64,000 nt of DNA. Source: Octopus vulgaris (lineage: Eukaryota). The first letter of the stretch is position 1, and each line of letters begins with the position of its first letter. The notes below the pieces were generated by a model. That model had not been told where the DNA came from. It saw nothing but the letters and a program-made list of their open reading frames with translations, and ran no database searches. A program made the translations under genes and the position numbers. The DNA is taken from positions 13,888,001 through 13,952,000 of the forward strand of contig OX597820.1 of NCBI GenBank assembly GCA_951406725.2. Reading direction: 5' to 3'. Of this stretch, positions 50,244 to 64,000 are shown piece after piece.

Positions 50244-50269
50244 TCACATTCTCTCCCTCCCCATAAATA

Positions 50270-50304
<35 letters not shown>

Positions 50305-50703
50305 ATGCATGCATGTGTGTGTGTAATTACTATCTATCTCCCTAATCAGTAATTATCGCACTTTCGTCTCTTTATCTCTTTATCTCTATCAATCTATCCA
50401 CCTAGGGATCTCTTTCTTTCTCTCTCTCTCTTTCTCTGTCTGTCTATACCTATCCCTCTCTATATCTATTTATCTATCTCTCTGTCTGTCTGTCTTTCTC
50501 TCTCTGTCTATCTGTCTAATTTATCTATTAGTCTATCTGTTTTTTTGTCTCTCTCTCTATCTGACTGACTGTCTGTCTCTGTCTGTCTGTCTATCTCTAT
50601 CTGTCTCTCTTTATCTATTTGTCTGTCTCTCTCTGTCTATCTATCTGTCTGTCTGTCTCTCTATCTATTTGTCTGTCTGTCAGTCAGTCAGTCTGTCTAT
50701 CTG

Positions 50704-50739
<36 letters not shown>

Positions 50740-53700
50740 TCTATCATACAGACATCCTTCCTTTCTTCTTCTTTATTCTTCCTCACTCTCCTCTCCCCAC
50801 CCCTTATACCACTCTATGCTCTCTTTGCCTCCTCCTCCTCCTCCTCTTCTCCATTTGGACCTGTCCACTCTTACTACCCCCTCCCCCCCCCTCCCCGGTT
50901 GCACCAAGTGATGTGAACTAGCTAGCAGCATTGACTTGGGTGGATGAAGGTGATTGGGGTGGGGAGGTGGTCTTGCTGGACAGAGTACAGCCGCATGTGT
51001 GTGTGTGTGTGTGTGTGTGTGTGGAGGTCTGACTGGACAGTGTGTGTGTAACTCTGCTGGTGTGTGTGTGTGTGTGTGTGGCAGGGGTCTTACTGGACAG
51101 AGTATGTGTGTCTGTGTGTGCATTCATATGTATGTGTATGCAACTGTATGTAAACGTGTGATGTTTGTGTGTGCGTGTGCCTGTGTCTATATTGTATACT
51201 ATACAGCTGTGTGTGTACATGTGTGTTTGTGCACACTGACGTGTTTCATTGTGCGTGTGTCCATATGTATACTTTTGAAGTTGCATGTACATGTGTGTTC
51301 ATGCATGTGTGTGTATACATATATCTATGTACGTGTGTATGCACATGTGTACGTGTGTGTGTGTATATCTTTGTGTACATGCATGTATGTGTGTGTTTAT
51401 GTGTCTTTGTGTGTGTGTGTGTATAGCTTTGTGTACATGCATGTATGTCTTTGTGTAAATGTGTGTATGTATGTATGTGTCTTTGAGTGTGTGTAGCTTT
51501 GTGTACATGCATGTGTGTGTGTGTGTCTTTGTGTTCATGTGTATGTGTATCTTAGTGTGCATGTGTGTGTGTGTGTTTGTGTCTAAATGTGTGTGTAACT
51601 TTGTGTACATGCATGTGTATGTGTGAGTGTATAGTTTTGTGTACATGCATGTGTGTGTGTGTGTGTGTCTTTGTGTACATGCATGTGTGTGAATATGTGT
51701 GTGTGTGTGTTAGTGAAGACTAAGAGTACTGCCATTAACACAATTGACGTTTTTGAAGGGGTCGGAGTCGGGTGCGTGGGGGGGGGTTTGAGGTGGGGAC
51801 GGGTGTGTGTTTTGTGTCTGTAGGTGTCGGGGCTTCCAGCCATGGTGTGGTGCAGACCTGGTGCCTCCGTTGGCATTGGTGACCATTGCTGGGGGTTTAA
51901 AGGATGACACCAACGAAGTATGTTGTTGTTTAGCCCAAGGCCAGTCCAGTCCTGTTTGAGCAGATCTGTATGCTCAAAGGGATTCCAACTGTGACCATCA
52001 TCCCATCTTCGTATATTATTGTGCAGTTTCGAAAAAGTAAAGAGGAATATTTGGCTGCCATTTCCTGAAGGTTAAGTTATTACCTAATGGCTCCCTCATC
52101 GGATGGTGAATAGCGGTGGTATTGGTGGTGGTGGTGGTGGTGTTGCAAACAGGCTTATGATCAGACATTCCAGCTGTGACCATCCTGTCCTTTTTGAGGT
52201 GTGTGTAGACTACTCTATGTAATGTGTCCATTCCATTCCTTCCCAAAGACTATGTGATTTGAGGGAGATTTAGCTGTTATTTCTTGCAGTCCGAGTTACT
52301 ACATTGAAGCTTACCTCTCAGCTTGAATTTGAGTGTGTGTGTGTGTGTGTGTGTGTTGGGTTAAGGGGTGAATGGACATTAAGAGGTCCAGGAGGAGGGT
52401 GGGGTAGGCTTGGGTGGATTGGCAGATGAGTAACGATGGTGGTGGTGGTGGTGGTGGGGTCGGAATGTGTAAGGTTGGTGCGGTGCATTACTTAGTGTTG
52501 ATGTTGGTAATTGTCAGTTTCGGTTCTGGTTTTGGGAAAGGAATGAAGGCCACAGCATGCATGACTGTGATGCAGCGTCACAGTTTTGTATTGGAAGTGA
52601 AAGGTGACGGGGTGGGGTGGTCTAATTTGATCTTGTTGTGATGATGATGGTGGTGGTGGTGATGATGACGATGATGGTGGTGGTGACAATGGTGGTAGTG
52701 ATGGTGCTGGTGGTGGCAGTGTTGGTGGTGATGTTCATGATGGTGACGGAGGCGTTGGAAAGTGGAGATAGTCATGTTGATATTAAGGGTGTTGGTGATG
52801 GTAGTGGTGGTGGTGGTAGATATTTAGTCCAACTCCATGGTGGAGTGGTAAGTGGCGTTGAGGTCAGGGTTGCCAGAACCAGAAAGATCGTGCAACGTGG
52901 TATTACACATTGTTTAGTAAGAGAGAGAGAGAGATAGGGAGAGTTTAAGAATGATTGTCAGGGCAGTAGCAGTGGTGGTGGTGGTGGTGGATGCACTTTA
53001 GGATAGATAGGGGTAGTTTGAGGCATGAGTACACTCTGGACTTTTGGGGGGGGGTGTTTTTCTCCCTTTTTTTTTTTTTTTACTGAAGAAAGGTGCAAAC
53101 TAGGGGGTTGATAGGAAGGCGTGAAGATAATATGGAGGGGGTGTTGGAGGGTGGGGAGATTTTGCCTCTTCTTCCTCAAACCCCCGTCTACCATCCGTTC
53201 AAACTGCCCTTCCTCCTCTTCCTCCTCCTTCTCCCGCTCGCCTGCCAGCCTGTCCGTTCATCCCCTCCCCCCCACCTCGGCCCCCTTGGATTGCATTCTG
53301 AGCGGCATTATCTCTCTGCTGCACATACACGTGTGAACAACGACAATAATCAATCAGGCTTCCCCATTATTTTACTGCCCGGCGGAGCGTGAAAATGACT
53401 TATTTTCCCTTTTCTTCCTTCCTTCCTTCCTTTGTCCACTATCACTCTTTCTTTCTCTCTCTCCCTCTGTCTCTGGTGTTTTCGCTCTGTACTGTCCATG
53501 TTTCTCCCTCTGGCGCATAAACACAATTATAGGCTCCTCGTAATCTACTCACACCGTACACTTTTCGTATCGTATCGTATCGTATATACACTCTCCTTTT
53601 GACAATATGACATTCGACTATTTCGCTCTTTCTTCTTCTTCTCTCTCCTCATTCATATGCTCATCGTTATACATCCTTTCTTTTTCTTTCCCATTCATAT

Positions 53701-54195
53701 AAGCACACACATACACACACACTCTCTCTTCCCCACCTCTCCTCCCCACATAACACTTTCCCAAATTGTACTTTCATGTCACACATGTAAGCATTCGTTT
53801 TTTACACATACAGTCTCTAGTCTGTGTGTGTGTGTGTATGTATGTATATATATATGTATATGTATGTATATATATGTATATATATGTATATATATGTATG
53901 TATATATGTATATATATGTATGTATATATGTATACATATGTATATATATATGTATACATATGTATATATATGTTTATATGTGTATATATATGTATATATA
54001 TGTATACATATGTATATATATATGTATACATATGTATATATATATGTATACATATGTGTATATATATGTTTATATATGTGTATATATATGTATATATATG
54101 TATGTATATGTATATATATATATGTATATATATGTGTGTGTGTGTGTGTGTATATATGTGTATATATATATGTATATATATATATATATATATGT

Positions 54196-54445
54196 TGTGC
54201 ACCTTTGAATGCAGTGTATGCCAGAAGGTTTGCAAATGCAACGCAGGCCGCAAAAGACATTTTAAGATCAACAAAGGACAGAGCTTATCTGCAGGTCTTG
54301 GTGGTCCTAATCGGAGGTGCAATCTATGTGGGTGTCTTTTCAAAATATTGTCCGGTCTAAAAAGCCACATCAGATGCCATGATGGTTCTAAGGTGTAGGT
54401 ACAGGAGGTGGTCAAACACTACATAAGGAGTAGACGACCACCATG
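54196..54445 (+). mobile_element. LINE (RTE-like) 3' end with two C2H2-type finger remnants
   Basis: [23 protein letters not shown]...[22 protein letters not shown], stop, GGTGGTC..GACCACC hairpin, then a TA-rich tail. No splice acceptor or TGEKP linker. Confidence 0.55.
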
Positions 54446-54627
54446 TATATATATATGTATATATACATATAAATACACACACACACACACACACAATACT
54501 CTTCCAAACTATGGTTTTATGTAACGTACACAACATCCTTCCAAAACGTACTCTCATATAACATGTGCACACATGCATGCACACCTTTTCTTTCATATAC
54601 ATATAATCAGTCATTAACTCATACACG

Positions 54628-55032
<405 letters not shown>

Positions 55033-55070
55033 TCATCATCATCATCATTTAACGTCCGTTCTCCATGCTA

Positions 55071-55124
<54 letters not shown>

Positions 55125-56119
55125 GTGTGTGTGTGTGTGTGTATACACACACACACACACACATATACACCCCTGCACACACACAAGCATGCACACCCAT
55201 CACATTACAGCAGACATAAAGATATGGGTGTGTCTGATAAATAGTTCCTTTCTCCATGCATCCACCCTGCCACCCTGCCACCCACCCACCCATTCATATT
55301 TGGACTGGGGAGTGGTGGGGTGGGGCTGGGAGAGAGGTTCTTTTTATTACTACTGCTGCTGCTGCTGCTGCTGTTGTTGTTGTTGTTTCTTCCTCCATTC
55401 GCCATCTGACCTGCATGTGTTGCCTGTTCGCTCTACACTTGACTTCTGTTGTTCTGATTTTATCATCTCATCACCATAATCATCACCATAATCATCATCA
55501 TCACCATAATCATCATCATAGTCGTCATCATCATCGTCGTCGTCATCACGGTTGAGAGAAGAAAGAGGAGAAGCAATGCTTCTGTTTAGATTGGGTTTAG
55601 GGTGGGTGTTCGTAGACTGTTCTCAGGGTGGTCGAGGGTGGGTTGTCCAGATCAGGGATGAGGTGGGGGTGGAACGAGTGGAGTGGATTGGAGTAGAGTG
55701 GTGGGAGGTGAGGCAGACATGTGGTGGATGAAACGTTATATTTTACTTGTTTCTGTCATTGCACTGTGGCCATGCTGGAGCACTGCATCTGTAGCTTTAG
55801 GTGAACAAATCAACTCTGGTTTGTGTGTGTGTGTGTGTTTCTTTTAAAGACTGGTACTTACTCTGTCAGTTTCTTTTTGCTCAGATGCTAAGTTAGGGGG
55901 ATGTAAACAAACCAAGATTGGCTTTTCAGTGGTGGGGAAACAAAACACAGATACACACACACATACACACACACACACACACACACAAACACATTGCCAT
56001 CATTATCATTTAACATTCTTTTTTCCCATGTTGGTAACGGGTTGGACAATATGGCAAGAGCAGACAAGCCAGAGGCTTCTTCCAGGTTCTATGTTTTGGA
56101 ATGGTTTTATAGCTACCTC

Positions 56120-56168
<49 letters not shown>

Positions 56169-57096
56169 CATACACACACACACACACACACACACAGAGA
56201 CAAGCATGAAGTAAATAGACACCTGTAATTTTCAAAATCTTTTATTTGATATCAATTGGTTGAAGGAGAAGTTTTCTTCTAGCTGCTTGTTCATAATATA
56301 TATATATCATCATCATCGTTTAACGTCTGTTTTCCAATCTGGCATGGGTTGGACGGTTCAACTGGGGTCTGGGAAGCCAGGAGGCTGCACCAGGCTCCAG
56401 TCTGATCTGGCAGTGTTTCTACAGCTGGATGTCCTTCCTAATGCCAACCACTCTGTGAGTGTAGTGGGTGCTTTTTATGTGCCACTGGCACAGGGGCCAG
56501 GGAGGGCTGGCATCGACTGTGTTTGGACAGTGCTTTTACATGCCATCTGCACAGGAGCCAGACAAGGTGGCGCTGGCATCAGCCACATTCGGATGGTGCT
56601 TTTCATGTGTCACCAGCACAGGAGCCAGTTGGGGCGAGGGGTCTGACATCGACCATGTTTGGATGGTGCTTTTTACCTGCCACCGGGACAAGGAGACACA
56701 CAGGTGGCATTGGCATCAGCCACAAATACAGTTTCCATTTGATTTTGGTTTGATTTGATTTTGATGTTGATGTACTTGACTCAATAAGACTCCTCAAGCG
56801 TGGCATATTGCCCTACGATCTAAAGGTACTTTTTTTTGAGTGGGTTGGTTATGCGACACTGGTGTAGGCTACAGCTGTGATCTCACTTTATTTGCTGGGT
56901 CTTCTCAGTCACAGCATATCTCCATATATATATATACACACACATATATATATATAATTGAGATTCAGTTGAATTATGTGCTTAAGTTGAAGCACCAAGT
57001 TAGACCGGTATTATCCTTACTACTCAAAGTAAGGTGAATAAAATCAAAATAAGCAACAGGATATCAAGAAGTGATGCAGTATGACCATTTCAAGCG

Positions 57097-57822
57097 TGTA
57101 CAAACAGCCACGCTACATGGCAGTGAAACATGGGCTGTGACTGCTGAGGTTATGCGTAAGCTTGCAAGGAATGAAGTCAGTATGCTGACAAGCCAAGTGA
57201 GACCATAACCCATGGCCTATGCCAGTGGGTGTAACAAGCCCATTTAAGAATACCCCTCATTCCTTGGACAATAAACTTTGCTTGTGAAGACCTATTGAGG
57301 CAGGTGAAATCAAAATCAAAATTGCTGACATGGCTGATATCAGTACCGCCTGATTGGCACTTGTGCCAGTGGAATGTTAAAAGCACATCTGAGCGTGATC
57401 ATTGCCAGGGCCATGGATTGACTCCCATGCCGGTGACACGTAAAAAGCACCATTTGAGTGTAATCGTTGCCAGTGTCGCCTTACCTGCACATGTGCTGGT
57501 GACGCTTGAAAAAGAACATTCGAGCGGGGTTGTTGCCAGTGCCGCCGGACTGGTTCCTATGCAGGTAGCATGTGAAAAACACCTTTAGAGTGTGGCCGTT
57601 GCCAGAACTGCCTGACTGACCTTCGTGCCGGTGATGCACAAAAGCACCCACTACACTCTCGGAGTGGTTGGCATTAGGAAGGGCATCCAGCTGTAGAAAC
57701 TCTGCCAGATCAAGACTGGAGCCTGGTGCAGCCATCTGGTTCGCCAGACCTCAGTCAAATCGTCCAACCCATGCCAGTATGGAAAGCAGACATTAAACGA
57801 CAATGACAATGATGATGATGAC
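57097..57822 (+). mobile_element. 5'-truncated, internally deleted RTE LINE
   Basis: Starts in coding sequence (VQTATLHGSETWAVTAEVMRKLARNE) and jumps to the 3' UTR with its (GAT)n tail. Confidence 0.8.
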
Positions 57823-58488
57823 ACACCAGTTAAGTTTCCACTCATTTATTTATTTTTCCAAAAATTTTCGTTGCGTCTTGCAACCTTTTCAATAGTTGTT
57901 GATTCTGTCTGTTATCCGAGCTGCATTCTTTTTGTTTGTGTGTGTGTCAATGTGTGTGCGCGCATTCATAAGTATGTATGTATGTTTGTATCTATGTATG
58001 TATGTACATATGTATATATGTATGTATGTGTGTGTATATATGTATGTGTGTATATGTATGTATATATGTATGTGTGTATGTTTGTATGTATGTATGTGAA
58101 CTTTGTATGTATGTGTATACGTTTGTATGTATTTATGTATGTATATATATATGTATGTATGTGTGTACGTTTGTATGTATTTATGTATGTATATATATAT
58201 GTATGTATGTGTATACGTTTGTATGTATTTATGTATGTATATATATATGTATGTATGTGTATACGTTTGTATGTATTTATGTATGTATATATATATGTAT
58301 GTATGTGTGTACGTTTGTATGTATTTATATATGTATGTATATATATATGTGTGTGTACATTTGTATGTATGTTTGTATGTGTGTATGTTTGTATGTATTC
58401 TGCATATTTATGTGTTTGTGTGTTTGTATTATTATCTTAATAATGTATGATATCTTAACGCCGTCTCTCCTCTCTTTCTCCTCCCCAG

Positions 58489-58658
58489 GTGTTGGCCCTC
58501 CATCGTTTGTAGCTATCCAGGCTGGTACCACCCTGCACGAGCTAACATCATCATCAGACACAGTGTCATGGACCTCTATTATAATCTTAACCGTCTTCGC
58601 CTGTCTCTCATTGCTGCCAGTCCTACTGAAACGGAAGCTGCAGCGCAAGTTCGATTGA
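58489..58658 (+). CDS. TMEM41B: TMEM41B terminal coding exon 7
   Basis: Pyrimidine tract with ccccag acceptor. Encodes GVGPPSFVAIQAGTTLHELT...VLLKRKLQRKFD then TGA. 170 nt. All seven exons sum to 948 nt (315 aa + stop). Confidence 0.95.
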
Positions 58659-59096
58659 TGCCGGCTTAAAACAATAGTTATTTGACTCTCTCTCTCTCTC
58701 TCTCTGTTCTGGTAAATGGATCATCTACGTGCCACACCGAGCAACAAGTGGTGGTGGCGGTGGTGGTGGTTTGGTGGTTTGGTTTGTGGTGGTGGTGGTG
58801 GTGGTGGTGGTGGAAAAGATCATTTTCTTCTTTCCTTATTGGGAGCCCCCCACTTTTTTTTTTTCCCCCTGGTTTCATTGCATCTGCTTGCCAGAGAATA
58901 GGAAGGAACGTGCGGTTGGTGAGTTGTCCGTCTCAGCGAGAGCTTTCAAATACGTAATTTGGATGTGTGTGTGTATGCAATTGGGTAGCTACACTTTCAA
59001 TAGTGTATATATATATATATATGTGTGTGTGTATATCAATATGTATACAATATGGTATGAATGTTTCCTGGTGAATATATATGTATATATATATAT

Positions 59097-59149
<53 letters not shown>

Positions 59150-59955
59150 CATATACGACTTATGAACTTTTAGACTATTTCAGCTGTTTATATATGTGTA
59201 TATATATATACACACATATACGCATACATATATATACGTACATATGTGTATATATGTGTGTGTGTGCATATATGTATCTATATACATGTGTGTTTGTATA
59301 TATATGTGTATGTGTGTGAATATATATATATGTATGTATATATAGATATACTTATGTGTATATATATTTATATATATGCTTATATATAGATATGCTTATA
59401 TATTTGTATATATAGATATGCTTTTATATATATGGATGTATTTATGTTTTGTCTCCAGCCCATGCTAACATGGAAAAAAAGATGTTAAATGACGATGTGT
59501 GTGTGTGTGTGGAATGAAAGACTGTGTAAACAGTTGTGTATATATTCAAATAATCATACGTATCTGGAATGCCATATATATATATACCGCAAATACAAGG
59601 CAGCCATTTCATTATTTATTTCTGTGAATCTTTACTCTGAGCCCACGATGTTCGTTAATCCTTGTTTATCTTAGTTTATTCTTATTGAATCACTCATATT
59701 TAGTGCATCAGTGAATGTGTGTGTGTATGTATGTGTGTGTATATATATGTTTGTGTGTGTATGTTGAAGTAATATTGTGTCTTCAAGAAAGAAATGATGG
59801 AGAGGTTTCTTATTAACGATTGTTCTCTTGGTGTATCAGGAATTTTTATTTTCTGTTTGTGTGTGTGTGTGTTTATTTATTTGTATATCTGTGAGTATGT
59901 TCAGTTAGCCATTGTGATTGAGCTTAAGGTTGGCTGTGCTCAGACTCACTCTTTT

Positions 59956-59986
<31 letters not shown>

Positions 59987-60222
59987 GTGTGTGTGTGTGT
60001 GTGAATATATATATGTGTATATATTTATTATTAATAAACAAAATTTCCAGAATGAATGACTCAAGAGCCAGTAGTTGGTTGCCACTGGCACTTAACAAAC
60101 TGGAGTCACTCTGTATCTTCTGCCAAATAATAATAATAATAATAATAATAATTAAAATAATAATAATGATAATAACAACAACAATATTCATGTTTTCAGT
60201 TCTATTTCCCTCTGTGTGTGCA

Positions 60223-60284
<62 letters not shown>

Positions 60285-63200
60285 TATGTATGTATATATT
60301 GTTCACTTTTTCTTTATACACATGCACACACACACACACATATATATGGATATATATATTTATATATGTTTGCATACGTTAGCTCAAATACACGCACATG
60401 CATGCATGCTCAGTTACACATACGCGCACACGTGTATATACGTGTATGTAATTGTATGTTTGCGAATGTGTACGTGTCTGTGTAGCAGTATATATAAATG
60501 TGTGCATGTATGCTTTATTTTTTTAATTTTATTTATTATTTTTTTTTTGCCATCTGTTATTTTATTTATTTTTTAGTTGAATCTCAGTTTGTAATTCAAA
60601 TATTTGACCAGAATTGAAATACTTTCTCTTCACTTGTTTCAGTCATTTGACTGCGGCCATGCTGGAACACTGCCTTTAGTTGAGCAAATCGACCCCCCCC
60701 CCCCAGGACTTATTCTTTGTAAGCCTAATACTTATTCTATCGGTCTCTTTTGCCAAAGTACTAAGTTACGGGGATGTAAACACACCAGCATCGGTTGTCA
60801 AGTGATGTTGGGGAGGACACAAACATACACGCATATACATATATACGATGGGCTTTTTTCAGTTTCCATCTACCAAATCCACTCACAATGCTTTAATCGG
60901 CCCGAGGCTATTGTAGAAGACACTTGCCCGGAACCATGTGGGTGGTAAGCAAGCTACTTACCACACAGCCACAAAACAGACTTCCTGCACCTCAACCCAG
61001 ACTCCTGATTTTCATGTATCTGTGTGTGTGTGTGTGTGTGTATACTTGCATGTGTGTATATATATGTGTGTGTGTTTGTGTGTGTCTACACTGCTCCTTG
61101 CTAGCCAGCTCTTTGTCAAACCGTCCAGTCCATGCCAGCATGGAAAGTGGACGTCAATTATGATGATGATGGTAATGATGGTGATGTGTGTGTGTGTGTG
61201 AATCTATGTACTAAATCTGTATTATTTTGTTCTTATAGCCATCATCACCATCATCATCAGCATCACCACCACCAGTGTACCATCAACCATCATTGCCTAG
61301 TGCAATTTTTTTTTTTTTTTTTTGTTACCATACAATGAATTTTTTTGAGTGAGTTTATTTCATTTTAATAAATAAACCATTCAGAAAATAAAATTAAAAA
61401 AAAGGAACATATTTTTAAAAAATGAGGAAAAATCCAAAGAATTGGTAAATATTGATTGAAATGATTCACTTCAGGTTTGATGTGAGTGTCTTTGTTTTTT
61501 TTTCTTTTTTTCTCTTTTTACAATTCTTGTTTTTTTTCATTTGTTTTACCTTTTTTTGGGAGGCAATTTCGAAATGTTTCATAAATTATTTTGGGGTATA
61601 CAAAATGCATATAATGCATATGATATGTATATATGTGCATGTGTATGTAGTATATATATATATGTATATGTGTGTAGATATATATATATACACACACACA
61701 CATCACATACACCTTGTATCTACATGAATGAAATGAAGTACACTCATACGAATTTTCATTTATTTAAACATGTAGGTACATGTGTGTTTGCATATATATA
61801 TATACATACACACATGCATGTGTGTGTGTATATATATGCATATGTATGTAAATATACTCAGTGTCGCATCTTTATGCTTGAAACTCATATATCCAGATAT
61901 ACTTACATATAAGCCATATATATATATATATATATATATATGCTTGCGTGTGTGTGTTTATATATGTATATATTTATATGTATGTAAATGTGTGTGTATA
62001 TGTATACATATATAAATATATATATATATATATATAAGCATACATGGATATATATATATATACATATAAAAATGTATTTATGAAAAGAATTGAAATTTGC
62101 ATAAGAGAGGGATTTGAATGGCTATTGTTTTCTGCAGGTTATTCAAAGACTATTTGTATATTATTCATTTATTAAAAAATTTGGTTCATTTTAATTATTA
62201 TATGTTTGTTTGTGTGCATGGGTTCGTGTTAATGAATGTATGCGCGTGTATATGTGTATTTATATATGCATGTATATGTACAAGGGTGTTTGTATGTGTA
62301 TATACTTATATGTATGCAAATGTCTGTATTTGTTGTGTGTGCTTGTGTGTATGTATGTATGTATGTATGTATGCAGGTACAGATATTTGTATGTATGTAT
62401 GTGTATGTTCATATTGTATTGTATGTATGTATGTGTATGTTCATATTGTATGTATGTATGTGTATGTTCATATTTGTATGTATGTATGTGTATGTTCATA
62501 TTGTATGTATGTATGTGTATGTTCATATTTGTATGTATGTGTGTGTGTGAGTATAGGTATGTGTATGTACATATGTATATGGGTATAGATGTGTATGTGT
62601 GTGTGTATGTACATATAACATTCTTCTGAGTCTGTGTGTGTTTGTGTGTATGCAGGTACAGATATTTGTATGTTTGTATGTGTATGTGTATGTACATGTA
62701 TGTATGCAAATGTGTGTGTATCTATGTATGTATATATGTATATATATATGTGTGTGTGTGAGTATAGGTATGTGTATGTACATATGTATATGGGTATAGA
62801 TGTGTATGTATGTGTACATATAACATTCTTCTGAGTATGTGTGTTTGTGTGTATGCACATACATATACACGCAACCATAACACATACATGTATGTGCATA
62901 TAATTCCCAGAAATGTTATACACAATTCCATTTCTTTTAGATTTTTATTCATATTTCAGTTGGACATTAATGGAACCAGAGATTGTGGTTTGTTTGTTTT
63001 GTCTGAGAACAAATTAATTAATGCCTCCGCTTCGTTTATTTAGAAAATTTTTGTTTCTTTTATTTACTTTTTTTTCTATCATATATATATGTCTGTATGT
63101 ATATATATATATACATATATATGTATGTATATATTATGTGTATACGTAACATTTTTCTGTTCCTTTGTCAAACATACTCCAAGACATTCTTGTGCGACTG

Positions 63201-63511
63201 TGAACATTATTTGAACTTGTTGGTGATCTCTTTTTTTGTTTTTTTCTTTCTTTTTTTTTGTCTTTTGTTTCTTTTTATTTTTATTTTTATTTTTTATTCC
63301 GTCTTTGATTCTTAACAAGTTCATCAGAATCGACAGCACTTCGTAAATTATCACCGCCTACACCGCTACTACTACTACTAATATTACTACTACTAGTAAT
63401 AATAATAATAACAATAATAATTTGAAATTGCCAATCCTGTTTTAATTGAGATGAAAAATCTATAGATATTCATTGCTGCTGGCAGCATTAACTTGTAAAA
63501 CCCTTTTGTTA

Positions 63512-63545
<34 letters not shown>

Positions 63546-64000
63546 CCTGAATCTGAAAATGTGATTTCTGTGGTCTTTGGTGCTTTTCAAGAATTCTGAA
63601 GCTGATAGCAACATCATGTGTAAAGGCTGCCGCTGCTATTTCTACTACTACTACTACTACTACTAGTAAATATTTTTGTTGTAAATCCCATTGTTAGCAG
63701 CGAGTGTACTTTCTGAAATGCACAGCTTACATCGCATCGTGGCTGTGACCACTAGCAAGAATCTTGTGACAGTTAAAAGCCTTCGGACATTGTCCCTGGC
63801 TGCAACTGGTAGCCATTGACTCGTAACCTATTCAAACTGAAAATTCCGGTTATTCAGTTAACCTTTTCAAGTCTAAATGCTCTTACCAGAATCTTTAATG
63901 GGTCCTAAATAGTTATCTGTTGTAGCCACTTAACTACAAAATCGTTTTAGACAATCACCAGGCCCTTTCAAGTACATAGCTTCTATTGGTAAACGTTAAA

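Noticed and set aside
54196-54398. C2H2 zinc-finger gene exon
   Set aside because: No TGEKP linker or acceptor, the first finger lacks its last His, and the UTR hairpin plus TA tail fit a LINE 3' end.

Overview
Eukaryotic, AT-rich and extremely repeat-dense DNA. The SINE families and microsatellite load look like an octopus (coleoid cephalopod) genome; this assignment is inference. One protein-coding gene is solid: TMEM41B/Stasimon on the + strand, with 7 coding exons from 16633 to 58658 (948 nt, 315 aa) that join in frame through canonical splice sites. Its intron 3 is a GT-AG U12-type minor-spliceosome intron. The rest is mostly tRNA-derived SINEs, 5'-truncated RTE and CR1 LINEs, hAT/piggyBac/MULE/Merlin-like MITEs, non-autonomous Helitrons, LTR remnants and simple repeats. 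The most unusual observations are: (1) a recurrent palindromic element whose arms carry a tRNA-like Pol III head plus a Penelope-type minimal hammerhead motif; (2) a near full-length 5S rRNA copy lying between transposon-like terminal inverted repeats; (3) a locally duplicated segment upstream of TMEM41B with splice signals, including a candidate AT-AC U12 intron, that may belong to an unannotated transcript. All calls were made by eye. Exon borders were checked base by base, while most repeat borders are approximate.
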